The translations under genes were made by a program, and so were the position numbers. From assembly GCF_032444005.1 (NCBI RefSeq), contig NC_091282.1, positions 174,282,001 through 174,346,000 of the forward strand: 64,000 nt of DNA. The letters are read 5' to 3'. Each line of letters opens with the position of its first letter. The stretch's first letter is position 1. The notes under the pieces are model-generated. The model was not told the DNA's origin. It worked only from the letters and a program-made list of their open reading frames with translations, and did not search any database. Source of the DNA: Ranitomeya imitator. Taxonomy: Eukaryota. This document shows, piece after piece, positions 1-11,944 of this stretch.

Positions 1-848
1 ACATGGGTTAACTTCACCCTGTGTGAAGGAAGCGACCCTGTTGCGTCACAGGACCGCGGTACCGCACATAGAGCGCAAGCAAGGAGTCACTAATCTCAAA
101 CCCGAGACTGAGGATTTGAGTTCAGAAGACCCCATGCGCTCGACACCGCAACTAGGGTGTCAGAGGAACATAAATGATAATATAAAGGCACAGGAGTGCG
201 TGCGGTGCCGCACTGACGGATGCCACTAACCACCCAGGCTTGGGTCAGGAAAGCGCAGAGCAAGCGCACGGCGCCGTACTGGCGGACACAGCAACTGGTA
301 GCTGTAATGTGTGTTACGTGCTGTTGGATAAGTCGGGCGCTAGATAGCAAACATACACCTTCCGCGAACAGTCATCCAATAGGGAGGGTTATTTAAAGAG
401 CGACTTTCACTCACAACACACACACATATTTACAAGACAATACTAGCGCATGGCCGTGCGGTCATGCGCAGTTTATATAGTTGCAGCACAGGAAGCTGCT
501 ACCGAAGTTTTGCCCTTTCAGGACCTTCCTGGAGGACCAATGGAATGTGCTGCAGTACCTGAGCATGTGACCCTCGATCTCCAACGGGAGATCTTGCCCT
601 GGGCATGCTCAGTGTGTGAAAATAAGGACTTAGTCCCAGAGAAGCCTGCTCGCCGCAGATCAGTGCAGGGTACAACAGGAGAGCCAGAAAAGGCAGTAGT
701 AACCCTCTGCACAGAATCAGTCCCAGCAAGACGCTGGGAGCGACGCCTCCGCTGAGCAGACCCCACTGCGGCCGATACAGAATGGGAGACCGCAGCAGAC
801 ACGGATCGAGATTCCTCCTGTGCAGCAGAGGAAACTCGACTCCTAACA
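1..848 (-). mobile_element. Gypsy-type LTR (other end at or just before the window start)
   Basis: The minus strand starts TGTTAGGAGTCGAGTTTCCTCTGCTGCACAGG at 848. Clear similarity to 20320-21110 (e.g. cttcaccc..gaaggaagcga.ccctgtt.cgtcacagg and ctgtgcagc..ggaactcga..ct.aca) and to the right half of 28199-28975. No PPT next to 848. Confidence 0.8.
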
Positions 849-1662
849 TAAACTAGTCTATAATCCAGTAGTTTGGCTTTCACCAATCCTGTGACTATGC
901 TCAGACTTGGACTGGTGAATTCTTCGTTTGGTCCATTTATAGGTTATAGCACTGTACATTTTGAAGGGGGTGCATTACTGTTGTATTTGAGCATAAAGTT
1001 GGACATTATTACTGTTTGGGAGCACCACGAAGAATTATACTAATTTACTGGGCCCACAATAAGGACATAGGCTATCCATTAGTACTGTATGGGAGTATGG
1101 GAGTTGTACGCGGGGACATTTCTACTATGAGAGGATCACAAAGGATAACAACGCTACTGTAAAATACTTAAAATTTGAGGATGTTGTTACTTTGCCGGGC
1201 ACTGTGCTACTTTTCTTCTTTATATCTCATCTGAATTGTAAGGTGCAGTGGAATTTGTTGGTGCTATAGAAATACAACTATAAGAATTATTATCTGGAAC
1301 AGTGAAGAAGTGGGGAAAAAGTGAGGAGTGTGCTGTAGAAGTGGTCAGTCAGTCAGATATATCTGTGTGTTTTATTCTGCATAGACAAATCATGGCTATA
1401 AAAATAATAGTGTTTTGCATCAGATGAAGAAATGGAGGGAAAAACTACTTCAATTGGAGATGAGAGAGGAGAGGCACTGGATTTATGTGTACAATTTCAC
1501 TATATACTATCCGTACTGTAGAGCTCCTGTGTGTAGTATCACTGGTGATAATATTAATGTTCATAGTGTGGCTTTTGTTAATGAGCAGTATGGTAGTATT
1601 ACACAGTTATCAAGTGGTGGTAAAATGTGGAATTATTCAGTCACTATCTGGTGGTAATTAGG

Positions 1663-2139
1663 TATATACTCACCCTCGGACGCGCCCTGCTTCTTTCCGG
1701 CAGCCTTCCTTCCTAAGAATCAGCCCTTCCAGGACCTTCGGTGATGTCGCGGTGACGTCGCGGCTTGTGATTGGCCGCGCGAGCGGTCACATGGGCGGCC
1801 GCGCGGCCAATCACAAGCCGCGACGTCACCGAGAACGTCACCGCAAGGTCCTGGAAGGCTGTTTCTAAGGAAGGAAGGTTCCCGGTTGGTACCAGGGCGC
1901 GTCAGAGGGTAAGTATTGCGATATTTTTTATTTTAATTCTTTATTTTACACTTAAATCTGAATTCCGATACCAATTCCCGATATAAACATATCGGGAATC
2001 GGTATCGGAATTCCGATTCTAGATTCAAAAGATCGCCGACTTCATGGCCGACCCCACACAGGGGTCGGGTTTCATGAAACCCGACTTTGTCAAAAGTCGG
2101 CGACTTTTGAATATTTTTGACCCGTTTCGCTCAACCCTA
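1663..2139. mobile_element. hAT-type MITE, one-sided fragment
   Basis: Ends in the TIR ...tttcgctcaacccta (2139). Same family as the complete, 8-bp-TSD copy at 43781-44500, in the opposite orientation. Left boundary approximate. Confidence 0.8.
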
Positions 2140-2683
2140 CTGGAGACTCTAGGGTCTTCAATTCGTCCATAATGGGTCGGCGGCTACATGACAACCAGTT
2201 GAACCTCCCACCACCACAACAACTCCCAGGCTCCAATGCGGAAGCAGTGCCTTTTTTTTGGTTGGAGATGAGGCCTTCCAACTGACAAGGCACGTCATGA
2301 GGCCTTACCCCAGGCGCAACCTTGACCACTGGCGGAGGGTGTTTAATTTGAGACTTGCCAGGGCACGGAGACTGATTGAGTGCACCTTTGGGATTCTTGT
2401 TGCCAAATGGCGGGTTCTTCAGTCTGCCATCCAGCTGAGTGAGGCTACAATCAATGAAGTGATCAAAGCCTGTGTAATTCTACATAATTTCACCAGAATA
2501 CATGATTGTTCATCTCCTAATTTAGAAGATCACCTCATGAGCAATGTTAGTAGGCCTACCCCATATGTCCCTCCTCCGCGTCGTCCACTTTCTGGTCTCA
2601 AAGTTCGTGATGTCTTGACAAATTATTTTTTGACACCTCAAGGTGCTTCTCCCTGGCAAGACTATGCAATTTTGCATGTGTAA
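2140..2683 (+). pseudogene. Harbinger/HARBI1-like DDE transposase, C-terminal part only
   Basis: Reads TGDSRVFNSS..LNLPPP, then a frameshift in the T-run near 2245, then VGDEAFQLTRHVMRPYP...FNLRLARARRLIECTFGILVAKWRVL...KACVILHNF. These are canonical Harbinger nuclease motifs. The N-terminus is absent. Confidence 0.9.
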
Positions 2684-3043
2684 TTATTTATATATATAAA
2701 GTTTGTGTTTACCAATTTTGAAACTAGGTCTGTTGTATTTAATTATTTCACATATGGTTATCAGCATATCATGTGTGTGTGATGTAAGAATGAATAGAGC
2801 GCATCCAGAGTTTGATTGTTATTACCACAAAATGTACTTATGTAATTTTTGGTGTGCTTGGCTATTGTTTTGGCATAACCATTTTTGAAAATCTAAATTC
2901 CACATTTTTTTGTGGCCAAACAAATTCTGCACAACATCCACATTCCAGATTGCAATGTAACAAGCTAAAACAATCTACTATATAAAGCTGAATGTGTGTG
3001 TGTGTGTGTGTATGTGTGTATGTCCGGGATTGGCATCTGCATC

Positions 3044-3710
3044 GTCGCAGCTACAGCCACAAAATTTTGCACAGTCACACGTCTGGACCCCGAGAGCGTC
3101 ATAGGCTACGTTGTGAGGTGAAATTTTAACCCCGCGCGTTCCAATTCACCAAACAATTTTGCCCCTATCTACATAATGGGGAAAAAAGTGAAAGGAAAAG
3201 TGTTGGAAGCGTCGCAGCTACAGCAACAAAATTTTGCACAGTCACACATCTGGACCCTGAGAGCGTCATAGGCTACGTTGTGAGGTGAAATTTTAACCCC
3301 GCATTTTCCAATTCACCAAACAATTTTGCCCCTATCTACATAATGGGGAAAAAAGTGAAAGGAAAAGTGTTGCAGGCGTCGCAGCTACGGAAACAAAATT
3401 TTGCACAGCCACACGTCTGGACCCTGAGAGCGTCATAGGCTACGTTGTGAGGTGAAATTTTAACCCCGCGCTTTCCAATTCAACAAACAATTTTGCCCCT
3501 ATCTACATAATGGGGAAAAAAGTGAAAGGAAAAGTGTTGGAGGCGTCACAGCTACAGAAACAAAATTTTGCACAGTCACACGTCTGGATCCTGAGAGCGT
3601 CATAGGCTATGATGTGAGGTGAAATTTTAACCCCGCGCTTTCCAATTCAACAACCTATTTTTCCCCTATCTACATAATGGGGAAAAGTGAAAGGAAAAGT
3701 GTTGGAGGCA
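3044..3710 (+). repeat. 167-bp tandem repeat x4 inside the Helitron
   Basis: The gtc(g/a)cagctac unit starts at 3044, 3211, 3378 and 3545. Confidence 0.9.
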
Positions 3711-4616
3711 AATTAACAGCTGCCAGATGTGAACAAGGGGGCCTTAAAGAGTGAGAGCGATGGCGCCAAAGAGTATATACCGTACAGTTGCTAAGGTAGG
3801 ACCCCGACATGGGATACTCACCACACGGGGATATGAACACACACACAAAATGTGCCACACACTACTACGTGCTTGAACACATATACCACCCTCAGCACAC
3901 ATTTCACCACACATACGCCAACCTCGCCACATAAAAGTCGAAACACAAAAGTCGCCGCTCAAAACTCACCATGCGCAAAACTCGCCACATGCAAAAAATA
4001 GGCTCACGCAAAACTCGCCACAAGTGCAAAACTCACCTCATGGAAAACTCGCCACACGCAAAACTTGCACATGCGGAAAAATTGCCATATGCACAAAATT
4101 TGCAACACATGCAAAAGTTGCCTCACACAAAACTTGCACATACTCAAAAGGCACCAGACATAATACTCACCACGCGCAAAACTCGCCATGCGCAAAACTT
4201 GCTGCACACAACTTGCTACACTAACCTGTCACATGCAACTCGACACACAAAAAGTTGCTACACGCATGTTGCCACACAAAACTCATCTCACAAAAGTCGC
4301 TACATGCATGTCGCCACACACAACTCAACACACACAACTTGACAAACGAAACTCGCCCAAAAACACACACAAGTCTGGTATTAGCCTTCAAAAATAAAAT
4401 TCTGATTAATAAGCAGACAAACTACAAGAGCAACAAATGTACCATATAGGAAATACGGCAGCTGTCAGTCACATGACCTGTCTATTATGTGTATGTGTGA
4501 GCTAATATATACTGCCAGGGGGAGGGCTTCCTGTTGGCTAGGGATTTGTCAGGCTGCCAATTTATCTTACAAATACTGAGGTAAAAATACTGAGCAAATA
4601 ACGTGTTAACGAGGTC

Positions 4617-5280
4617 TAATACAGGAGATCACACAGGTATATACTATATACAGGGGAGATGACACACAGATATATACACTATATACAGGAGAGATGACAC
4701 ACAGATATATACTATATAAAGGAGGAGATGACATACAGGTACATACTATATACAGGAGGAGATGACATACAGGTATATACAGGAGGAGATGACACACAGG
4801 TATATACTATATACAGGAGCAGATTACCTACAGGTATATACTATATACAGGAGGAGATGACATACAGGTATATGCTATATATAGAAGATGACATACAGGT
4901 ATATACTATATACAGGAGGAGATGACACACAGATATATACTATATACAGGGGAGATGACACACAGGTATATACTATATACAGGAGGAGATGACATACAGG
5001 TATATACTATATATAGAAGGAGATTACATACAGGTATATACTATATATAGGAGGAGATGACATACAGGTATATACTATATATAGAAGGAGAAGACATACA
5101 GGTATATACTATATATAGGAGGAGATGACATACAGGTATATACTATATACAGGGGAGATGACACACAGCAGGTATATACTATATACAGGGGAGATGACAA
5201 ACAGGTATATACTATATACAGGAGATGACATACAGGTGTATACTATATATAAGGGAGATGACAAACATGTATATACTGAG
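4617..5280 (+). repeat. ~35-bp minisatellite inside the Helitron
   Basis: Repeated gacatacaggtatatactatatacaggaggagat with small indels. Confidence 0.9.
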
Positions 5281-5729
5281 GTGAAAATGAGAGGTGTGAG
5301 GTGAAAATGAAAAGGTGTGATTGCAAAATGAGAGGAGTGAGGGAAAATAGTGGAGTGATCGGAAAATGACAGATGTGAGGTCGAAATGACAAGTGTTAGG
5401 GGGGAATGAGAGGAGTGAGGGAGAAAATGAGAGGTGTGAGGGAGAAAATGAGAGATGTGAGGGGGAAAATGAAAGATGTGATTGGGAAAATGAGAGGCAT
5501 GATGGGAAAATAAGAGAAGTGAGGTGCTATAACTAACCACAGATATTTACTATGCCCAGGCAACGCCGGGCTCTTCAGCTAGTATTTTCTATAAAAAACA
5601 AAGATAAAAACAAAACAAAATGGTAAAATTAAAAATAAACAACCAAACAAAAAGAAAAAAAAAATTACAAGTCCTGGTAGGTAGGAGCGGGAGATGTAGA
5701 TTGCTCAGGGTCAGCATCAGGTGGCCTTT

Positions 5730-7489
5730 TTAGGCCCAATTGTCCAGCACTCTGTGTGGATGTAGTAGTGGCCTGAGGGACATTAGGCCTGTTATGATGC
5801 TGGGCACTTTAAAGAGTGGGGAGAGGATTTTGGAGAAACCCCTGATGTTGCTGACCATATGGGCGGGAATCATACCCCAACCCAAAATGACCATATTGTC
5901 CAAACCCAGGTTGGGACCAGCCTCCAGCACTGGGTGTGGACAAATGGCCATATTGGGATGGTTGCTGATATCCCACCATATGGTGCTGAGGTGGCCATTG
6001 TGGGTTCGTTGTGGGTTGATGTTGAGGTGTTGGCTGACGTGGAGGGGGTGCTTCAGCCAACGTGGAGGGGGAGCATGCAGGCCTTGTAATCTCTGAGGCC
6101 GCAGAATATTTTCGGGTGACATCTGCCACTGTTCAATCATCTGCAAGAGATTGTATGGGTTATTTAGGGGGGTGCATGCATCAATAAGGATCTGAAAACA
6201 CCCTCTCACACGAAGCCTCAACTCCCGCTCTATGGACCGTAAGTACTGGGCAAGGCTACGTGTAAATCCCTCCTCCCCATCATCCTCTCGAACCCGTGCG
6301 AAATAGTTCATGACCCCAGCATCCACATTTCTCCTGCTTTGGAGAAACTCTCTCCTGCGGCGTGAACGCTGTGGTCTGACTGCAGCCTGTGGGGATCGCT
6401 CCAGGGCAACAGTTGGGCTGCTGCTATTTCCAGGGTCATCCTGGCTAGGTGGTGGTACTGCTGCTGATGATGATGCTGCAGATGCGAACTGTGGGGCCTC
6501 TTGGTGTTGTTCTGCTGCAGCTGGAGCTGGATGGCCAGATGAGGAGGATCCTGGAGGGATGGAGCCTGAAGGAGCAGCAGATGGACCAGCCACCTCTTCA
6601 CTTTCACCAACTGGGTCAATGACCAGTTCAGAGTCAGACCCTGTCTCCCTGTCAGTGAGTTCTGAAAAGGAAAAATTTTTTTAGTTTCAATTTTATTTGG
6701 AATCATTTCTCCAAATTAAAAAATTACAAAAGTTTGTGATGTTTTTACTTACGGCCTGAGGTCCATGGTGGGGTTCAGAAAGGTTAGGCGGTCGAAATAG
6801 TCATATTTCCTTTTTTTAGGAGGTGCCCCGGCTCCACTTCTCTCCCGCTGCTGCCTCTCCCTCCTATACTGGTCACGGATACTCCGCCACCTTGTTGTAA
6901 CATCACCCACTGAAACAACAAAAATTAAACACATTGATTAGCCCATTATGCAGAGTGCTCACACAAGGTGTAATTGACTACACAGATTTAAGTGTAGCAT
7001 AGAAATAGGCATTTGTGGAGCACATTTAGTCTTAAATTTGAAAAACTCACACAATTATGAAGCAAGGCCACAAGGACAGAGTCCGCTACCCTCTATCCCA
7101 GAAAGCACAATTACTGGGAAACACTGTTAGTAAGGGACATCTGTTAAAAACATTCCTGAAATCCGTTTATCATGTACAACATCATGTATCTACTGGTGTG
7201 CTTTCTATTTCTTTCATTAATAATTTTAAAATTCTTGTTTAGAAATTCAAAGTAGTAAGGGCCTGCTGTTTAACAAGAACATTACATTTCAAACATGGGT
7301 GTACTTACTTATTTGTCGCTGTGCCTCACGTGGCTGCTGGTCATAATGTGGGAAGAGGGACCCACACACGCTCCTCCATGCTGCCTCTTTTTGTGCCCTG
7401 TTAGCATAGTTGGGGTCTCTTTGGTCCCAGATCACAGGCCTCTCTTGCACCAAAATTATGAGCATGTCCACGTTGATGATGTTAGCCAC
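5730..7489 (-). pseudogene. Harbinger Myb/SANT-like (MADF) DNA-binding protein gene, 3 exons, decayed
   Basis: Exon 1 (7489-7309) reads MANIINVDMLIILVQERPVIWDQRDPNY..AWRSV, with a GTAAGT donor. Exon 2 (6909-6753) joins in frame as GDVTTRWRSIRDQYRRE..YDYFDRLTFL, with a GTAAGT donor. Exon 3 from acceptor 6662-6663 is out of frame. A further apparent frameshift near 6070 precedes the P/Q/G/Y-rich tail. Confidence 0.85.
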
Positions 7490-8529
7490 GTGGAGGCGTG
7501 CAGCAGACTTCCGGGTTCACTGTCTGGCTTTTTCAGCTAATTAGCATGTCTCACCTGCCTGATTGAGGCCTTTGGACATTTCAGGACATCTGCCAGTGAG
7601 TCGCGTATTTCTCGCAAGTCACACGCATGGTTCGTATGCATTCCGTATTATACGCTCTCCCATAGACTTGCATTGGCAAATTTTTTGCGCAATACGCTGA
7701 CAAACGCAGCATGCTGCGATTTTGTGCGGCTGTAGAACGCCGTATATTACGGATCCGTAATATACGGCTGATAGGACTAGACCCATTGAGAATCATTGTG
7801 CCGTATGTTATGCGAGTTGTACGCACGTAGTTTCTGCGCTCTTACGTACGTAAAACTCGCAAGTGTGACGCCGGCCTTAGACATACCTAAAACAATTGCC
7901 AATTTCTGTGGTGTTTGTAGAGGAAATGGTGGGCAGTCTCTGAAAAATGCTGAGAGGTGGATTTAAAACTAAATGGATAAGACCATTCTTATATATATAT
8001 ATATATATATATTGCTTACCAAGAGAAAGAACTGTTTTGGTAATCATTTGTGCTGGAAATAGGCTGTTGTTTCATTTCATTTGAGCATTGTGGAAGTTTA
8101 TAAAGTATAATAATTCTTACACTGTCTGACACACAAACCCAGCATCTGTGTGTACCCTGACAGCTGCCAGAGAGCTTGATATATATACAATCATGGCCGA
8201 AATGTTAGCAGCCTTGAAATTGCTCCAGAAAATTAAGTATTTCTCCCAGAAAAGTAATACAATTTCACATGTTTTGCTATACACATGTTTATTTCCTTTG
8301 TGTGTAATGGAAGAGCACAAAAAAAGCTGAGAACAAAAAGGAAAATTGGAGATAATTTCACAAAAAAAAGCCCCAAAAAATAGGCAGGACAAAATTTTTG
8401 GCACCTACAAAATTGTGGGTAAACAACTTTGTACCTGAAACCAGATAAAATGGGGTGAAGTTAACTCAATCTTTGCTTTGTATGTCTGTGTTTGGTACAC
8501 TAAGCATGGCGAACAGATAGAGGAGAAAA

Positions 8530-9189
8530 TTGAGGCTTGGGAAATTATTTTTTTTTAAATATCAAAAATCTCAAGGTTGCAAGTTGATCATCAGAAATTT
8601 TGATGTTCCTTTGTCCATGGTGCGTAACATAATCAAGAAATTTACAACCCGTGGCATTTTAGCCAATCTCATTGGATGTGATCAGCAGAGAAAAATTGAT
8701 GAAAGGTTGCAACACAGGATTGACCAGATGATGAACATAAAGCCCCAATCAAGTTCCAAAGAAATTCAAACTGTCCTGCATGCTCAGGGTGCATCAGTGT
8801 CAATGCGAACTATCAGTTGACATTTGAATGAAATTAAACGCTAAGGCAGGAAACCCAGAGAGACCCCACTGCTGACACAGAGAAATAAAAAAGCTAGATG
8901 GCAGTTTGCCAAAATATACGTGAGTAGGCCGAAATCCTTCTGGGAATGTGCCTTCTGGACAGATGAGACTAAGATATACCTTTATGATAAAGCACATCAT
9001 TCTACTGTTTATCAAAAATGGAATTATGCCTACAAAGAAAAGAACACACTACCTACAGTCAAATATGGTGAAGTTCAAAGATGTTTTGGGGTTCTTTTGC
9101 TGCATCTGGCTCTGAGTGCCTTGATTGGAAACAAAGCACTGGAGAGGTCTGAAGTTACCAGCAATGAGTCTGGATCTAAATATTATTGA
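8530..9189 (+). pseudogene. Tc1 DDE transposase fragments
   Basis: HTH part (VPLSMVRNIIKKF..RKIDERLQHRI..KPQSSSKEIQ) and catalytic part (FWTDETKIYL..NTLPTVKYG), with stops and frameshifts. The C-terminus resumes after 9975. Confidence 0.85.
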
Positions 9190-9235
9190 AGATCTGAGAA
9201 GAGATCTTAAAATTGCTGTTAGCAGAAAGGAAAGC

Positions 9236-9969
9236 TGTCATGATTCCAATGGCAGGGAATCACAAAAGGACAAGCACCAACGAGCTCTAGGGTGATGGAA
9301 CCTGAGCTGACCGCGACCCTAAACCTGAACACACAAATAACAATAGCCGGGGAACGTGCCTACGTTGATCCTAGACGTCTCGCACCAGCCGAAGATCTAA
9401 CTTCCCCTATAAGAAGAAACACAGACCTCTCTTGCCTCCAGAGAAATACCCCACAGAAATAGCAGCCCCCCACATATAATGACGGTGAAATGAGAGGAAG
9501 GCACATACACAGTATGAAAACAGATTTAGCAAAATGAGGCCCGCTAAAACTAGATAGCAGAGGATACAAAAGTAAACTGCGCGGTCAGCAAAAAACCCTT
9601 CAAAAAACCATCCTGTAATTACTTGAACTCATGTTCCAACTCATGGAACATGAGGAGCAATTACAGCCCACTAGAGCAACCAGCAGCAATGAAACAATTA
9701 CATGCAAGCTGGACAAGACAAAAATAAAGCAAAACGTGAAACAAGAAAATCAAAAACTTAGCTTGTCCTGAAGATTACTGAAGCCAGAAGCTGAGGTAAC
9801 AAAACACTCTGATAACCTTGATAGCCGGCAGGGAAATTACAAGAAAGCCCGGTTAAATAGGAAACTCCCAAATCCTAATAGAACAGGTGGACACCAGAGA
9901 CAGCAGAACACAAATCACCCAGTACCATCAGTAACCACCAGAGGGAGCCCAAAAACAGAACTCACAACA
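9236..9969 (-). mobile_element. Solo LTR (Gypsy-type) inside the Tc1 transposase
   Basis: TGTCA...CAACA termini, 734 bp, flanked by gaaagc on both sides (9230-9235 and 9970-9975). Tc1 coding sequence continues on either side. Confidence 0.85.
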
Positions 9970-10052
9970 GAAAGCACCGTTTAAATATGAGAGACCTGAA
10001 TCAGTTTGCGGAAGAAGAGTGTTCCAAAACTCCAGTTGAGAGGTATAAGAAG

Positions 10053-10334
10053 TAGTGATGAGCGAGTATACTCGTTGCTCGGGTTTTCCCGAGTACGCTC
10101 GGGCGGTCTCAAATAATTTTTTTAACTGCTCGGAGATTTAGTTTTTGTTGCCTCAGCTGCATGATTTAGCAATCTAGCAACCAGGAAACCCCCACATGTA
10201 CTCAGGCTGGCTAGCAGCTGCAAATCATGCAGCTGCGTCAACAAAAACTAAATCTCCAAGCAGTTACAAATACTTCGAGACCAACCGATCGTGCTCAGGA
10301 AAACCCGAGCAACATGTATACTTGCTCATCACTA
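10053..10334. mobile_element. hAT-type MITE
   Basis: TIRs tagtgatgagc / gctcatcacta with a perfect 8-bp TSD ataagaag (10045-10052, 10335-10342). Confidence 0.92.
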
Positions 10335-10751
10335 ATAAGAAGCTTTATGGTGGTATTAAAAAGTGTTTAATTGCAGTTATTTACTTCAAAGGATGTGCAA
10401 CCAAATATTATGTTGAGGGTGCCAACAATTTTGTTAGGCCCATTTTTGGGGTTTTGTATAAAATAATGTCTAATTTGTATTTGTTTCACAGTTTTTTTTC
10501 CAATACACAAAACGTACATAAACATGTGCATAACAAATCTTGTGTAATTGCTTTATTTTCTGGGAGAAATATTTCAGTTTCTGGAACCATTTTGAAGCAC
10601 CAAACCAGCAATTTTTTAATTGCACCACTGGAGTGGTGCCATAAATGTTGACTGGGAGTGTCATTGTGTCATCTTAAAAATGGTAAATGCCACACAATGC
10701 TGCAGCATGTGCTGCACTTCCTGAGCGTTCATTTCTGCCTATAACCCCGTG

Positions 10752-11063
10752 TAATATGCAAATTGCCTCTTCTGATAAAAAAGAGGACTTAAACTCTATA
10801 GCGCCACCTGTTGGAAGTAGCGATCCTACAAGTCACAATCAACTCTTTAACGAGTCGTGCAATATGACTTAGGATAAAAGCCAAATCAGTATCTCAATTC
10901 GCAGACACGGTGTTTCGGGCTGTTCAATCGTCAATGCGAAGCATGAGAACCAATTTGGCTAGGTGAGAGGCTCTGGACTGGGGTCTAAAGGGTATCATTT
11001 CTTGTTATGGAGAGTGACATACCATCTCTGGCTTGTCAAGGTAAGGAGGCTTATTCGCCGTGC
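10752..11063 (-). mobile_element. 312-bp retrozyme-like non-coding insertion carrying a hammerhead
   Basis: Flanked by aaccccgtg (10743-10751) and aaccctgtg (11064-11072), an 8/9 direct repeat. Contains the HHR motif at 10898-10940. Confidence 0.65.
10898..10940 (-). ncRNA. Type I hammerhead ribozyme, degenerate
   Basis: Minus strand: TTCGCA-TTGACGA-TTGAACA-GCCC-GAAAC-ACCGT-GTC-TGCGAA. Perfect 6-bp stem I, GAAAC, near-palindromic stem III and a GUC site. C3 is changed to U and the 5' arm of stem II is lost. Confidence 0.75.
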
Positions 11064-11091
11064 AACCCTGTGCACACTGCAATCTATCTGA

Positions 11092-11124
11092 CTGATGAAG
11101 GTCATTGTAGGACCAAAATGTTTC
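11092..11124 (+). ncRNA. Hammerhead-like remnant
   Basis: CTGATGA-A-GGTC-attgtag-GACC-AAAATG. AAAATG equals GAAACG after two CpG transitions. Stem I is not recoverable beyond 2 bp. Confidence 0.45.
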
Positions 11125-11172
11125 TTTATTTTTGGATTGCCTGCACAAAATAAAATTATCTGCTTACATCAT

Positions 11173-11491
11173 GGCTACGTTCACACTAGCGTTATGCTAG
11201 TTTGCGTCGGGTTTGCGTCGGGTGACGCAGCGGCGATGCATGCGTCATGCGCCCCTATATTTAACATGGGTGACGCATGCGTTTTTGTTTGTTGCGTTGT
11301 GCGATGCATGCGTCTTTTTTGCCGCGAGCGTCGGACCAAGAAAACGCAACAAGTTGCATTTTTCTTGCGTCCAAATTTCGGCAAAAAACGACGCATGCGT
11401 CGCAAAATGCAGCGTTTTTGCGTGCGTTTTGGTGCGTTTTTGCGTGCGTTGTGCGTCGCGTCGCCGACGCAACGCTAATGTGAACGTAGCT
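11173..11491. mobile_element. PIF/Harbinger-type MITE
   Basis: TIRs ggctacgttcaca / tgtgaacgtagc(t) and a palindromic interior. Related to 30757-31040. Confidence 0.8.
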
Positions 11492-11944
11492 AGCTGAGTG
11501 CCAAGTTTGCTACAAGATTGTTTTATCTTAGGGTGCCAGCTTCCACAGGAAGGCAGGGACAGACCAGGGTCAGAAAAGGCCTTTTCCTAGTCTAAACAAG
11601 GACCACTCAGATTCAGGTATTTGTCTCCCTGGTTTCTACGTTACCATGTGAATGTGCCTTGGCAGTCATAACACATTGTTTTCCAGCATCGCTCCCTTTG
11701 GTCTCCTGAGAAAAGTGACCTGTCGTCAGCTCCAGTGTTTCATGGGTAAAAGTCTATGAAAGCTTTGTTCTGGCTTTCATAGACTTGTATTGAGAGCTGC
11801 TGACATAGCTTCTGACTTCTGACCAGTCAGAAAAAGCACTTACAAGATGAGACCGGGGATTAACATTTAAAGCGCCAGCCCAGCACTGAAGAAACAAAAC
11901 GCTGGAGTCTTGCTTTAAGGGTGCCAACAATTTCAGCAATGAAT

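Larger units (their letters stand above)
2974..5582 (+). mobile_element. Non-autonomous Helitron
   Basis: Inserted A|TC...CTAG|T: 5' TCTACTATAT at 2974, 3' hairpin gcccaggcaacgccgggc, then CTAG ending at 5582. No TSD and no Rep/helicase. Confidence 0.85.
2140..7876. mobile_element. PIF/Harbinger autonomous-type DNA transposon, left end missing
   Basis: Convergent transposase (+) and MADF gene (-). The right terminus ...gtgtgacgccggcc ends at 7876 and is followed by TTA (Harbinger TWA target). Interrupted by a Helitron at 2974-5582. Confidence 0.88.

Noticed and set aside
1415-1657. Short purine-rich exon-like ORF
   Set aside because: No recognisable protein similarity and no convincing donor site.
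3971-4449. His/Thr/Lys-rich ORFs
   Set aside because: Low-complexity aaaactcgcca repeats within the Helitron, with no recognisable domain.
11095-11497. Arg/Cys/Ala-rich ORFs on both strands (also 30709-31120 and 54351-54991)
   Set aside because: They arise from palindromic PIF MITE interiors.
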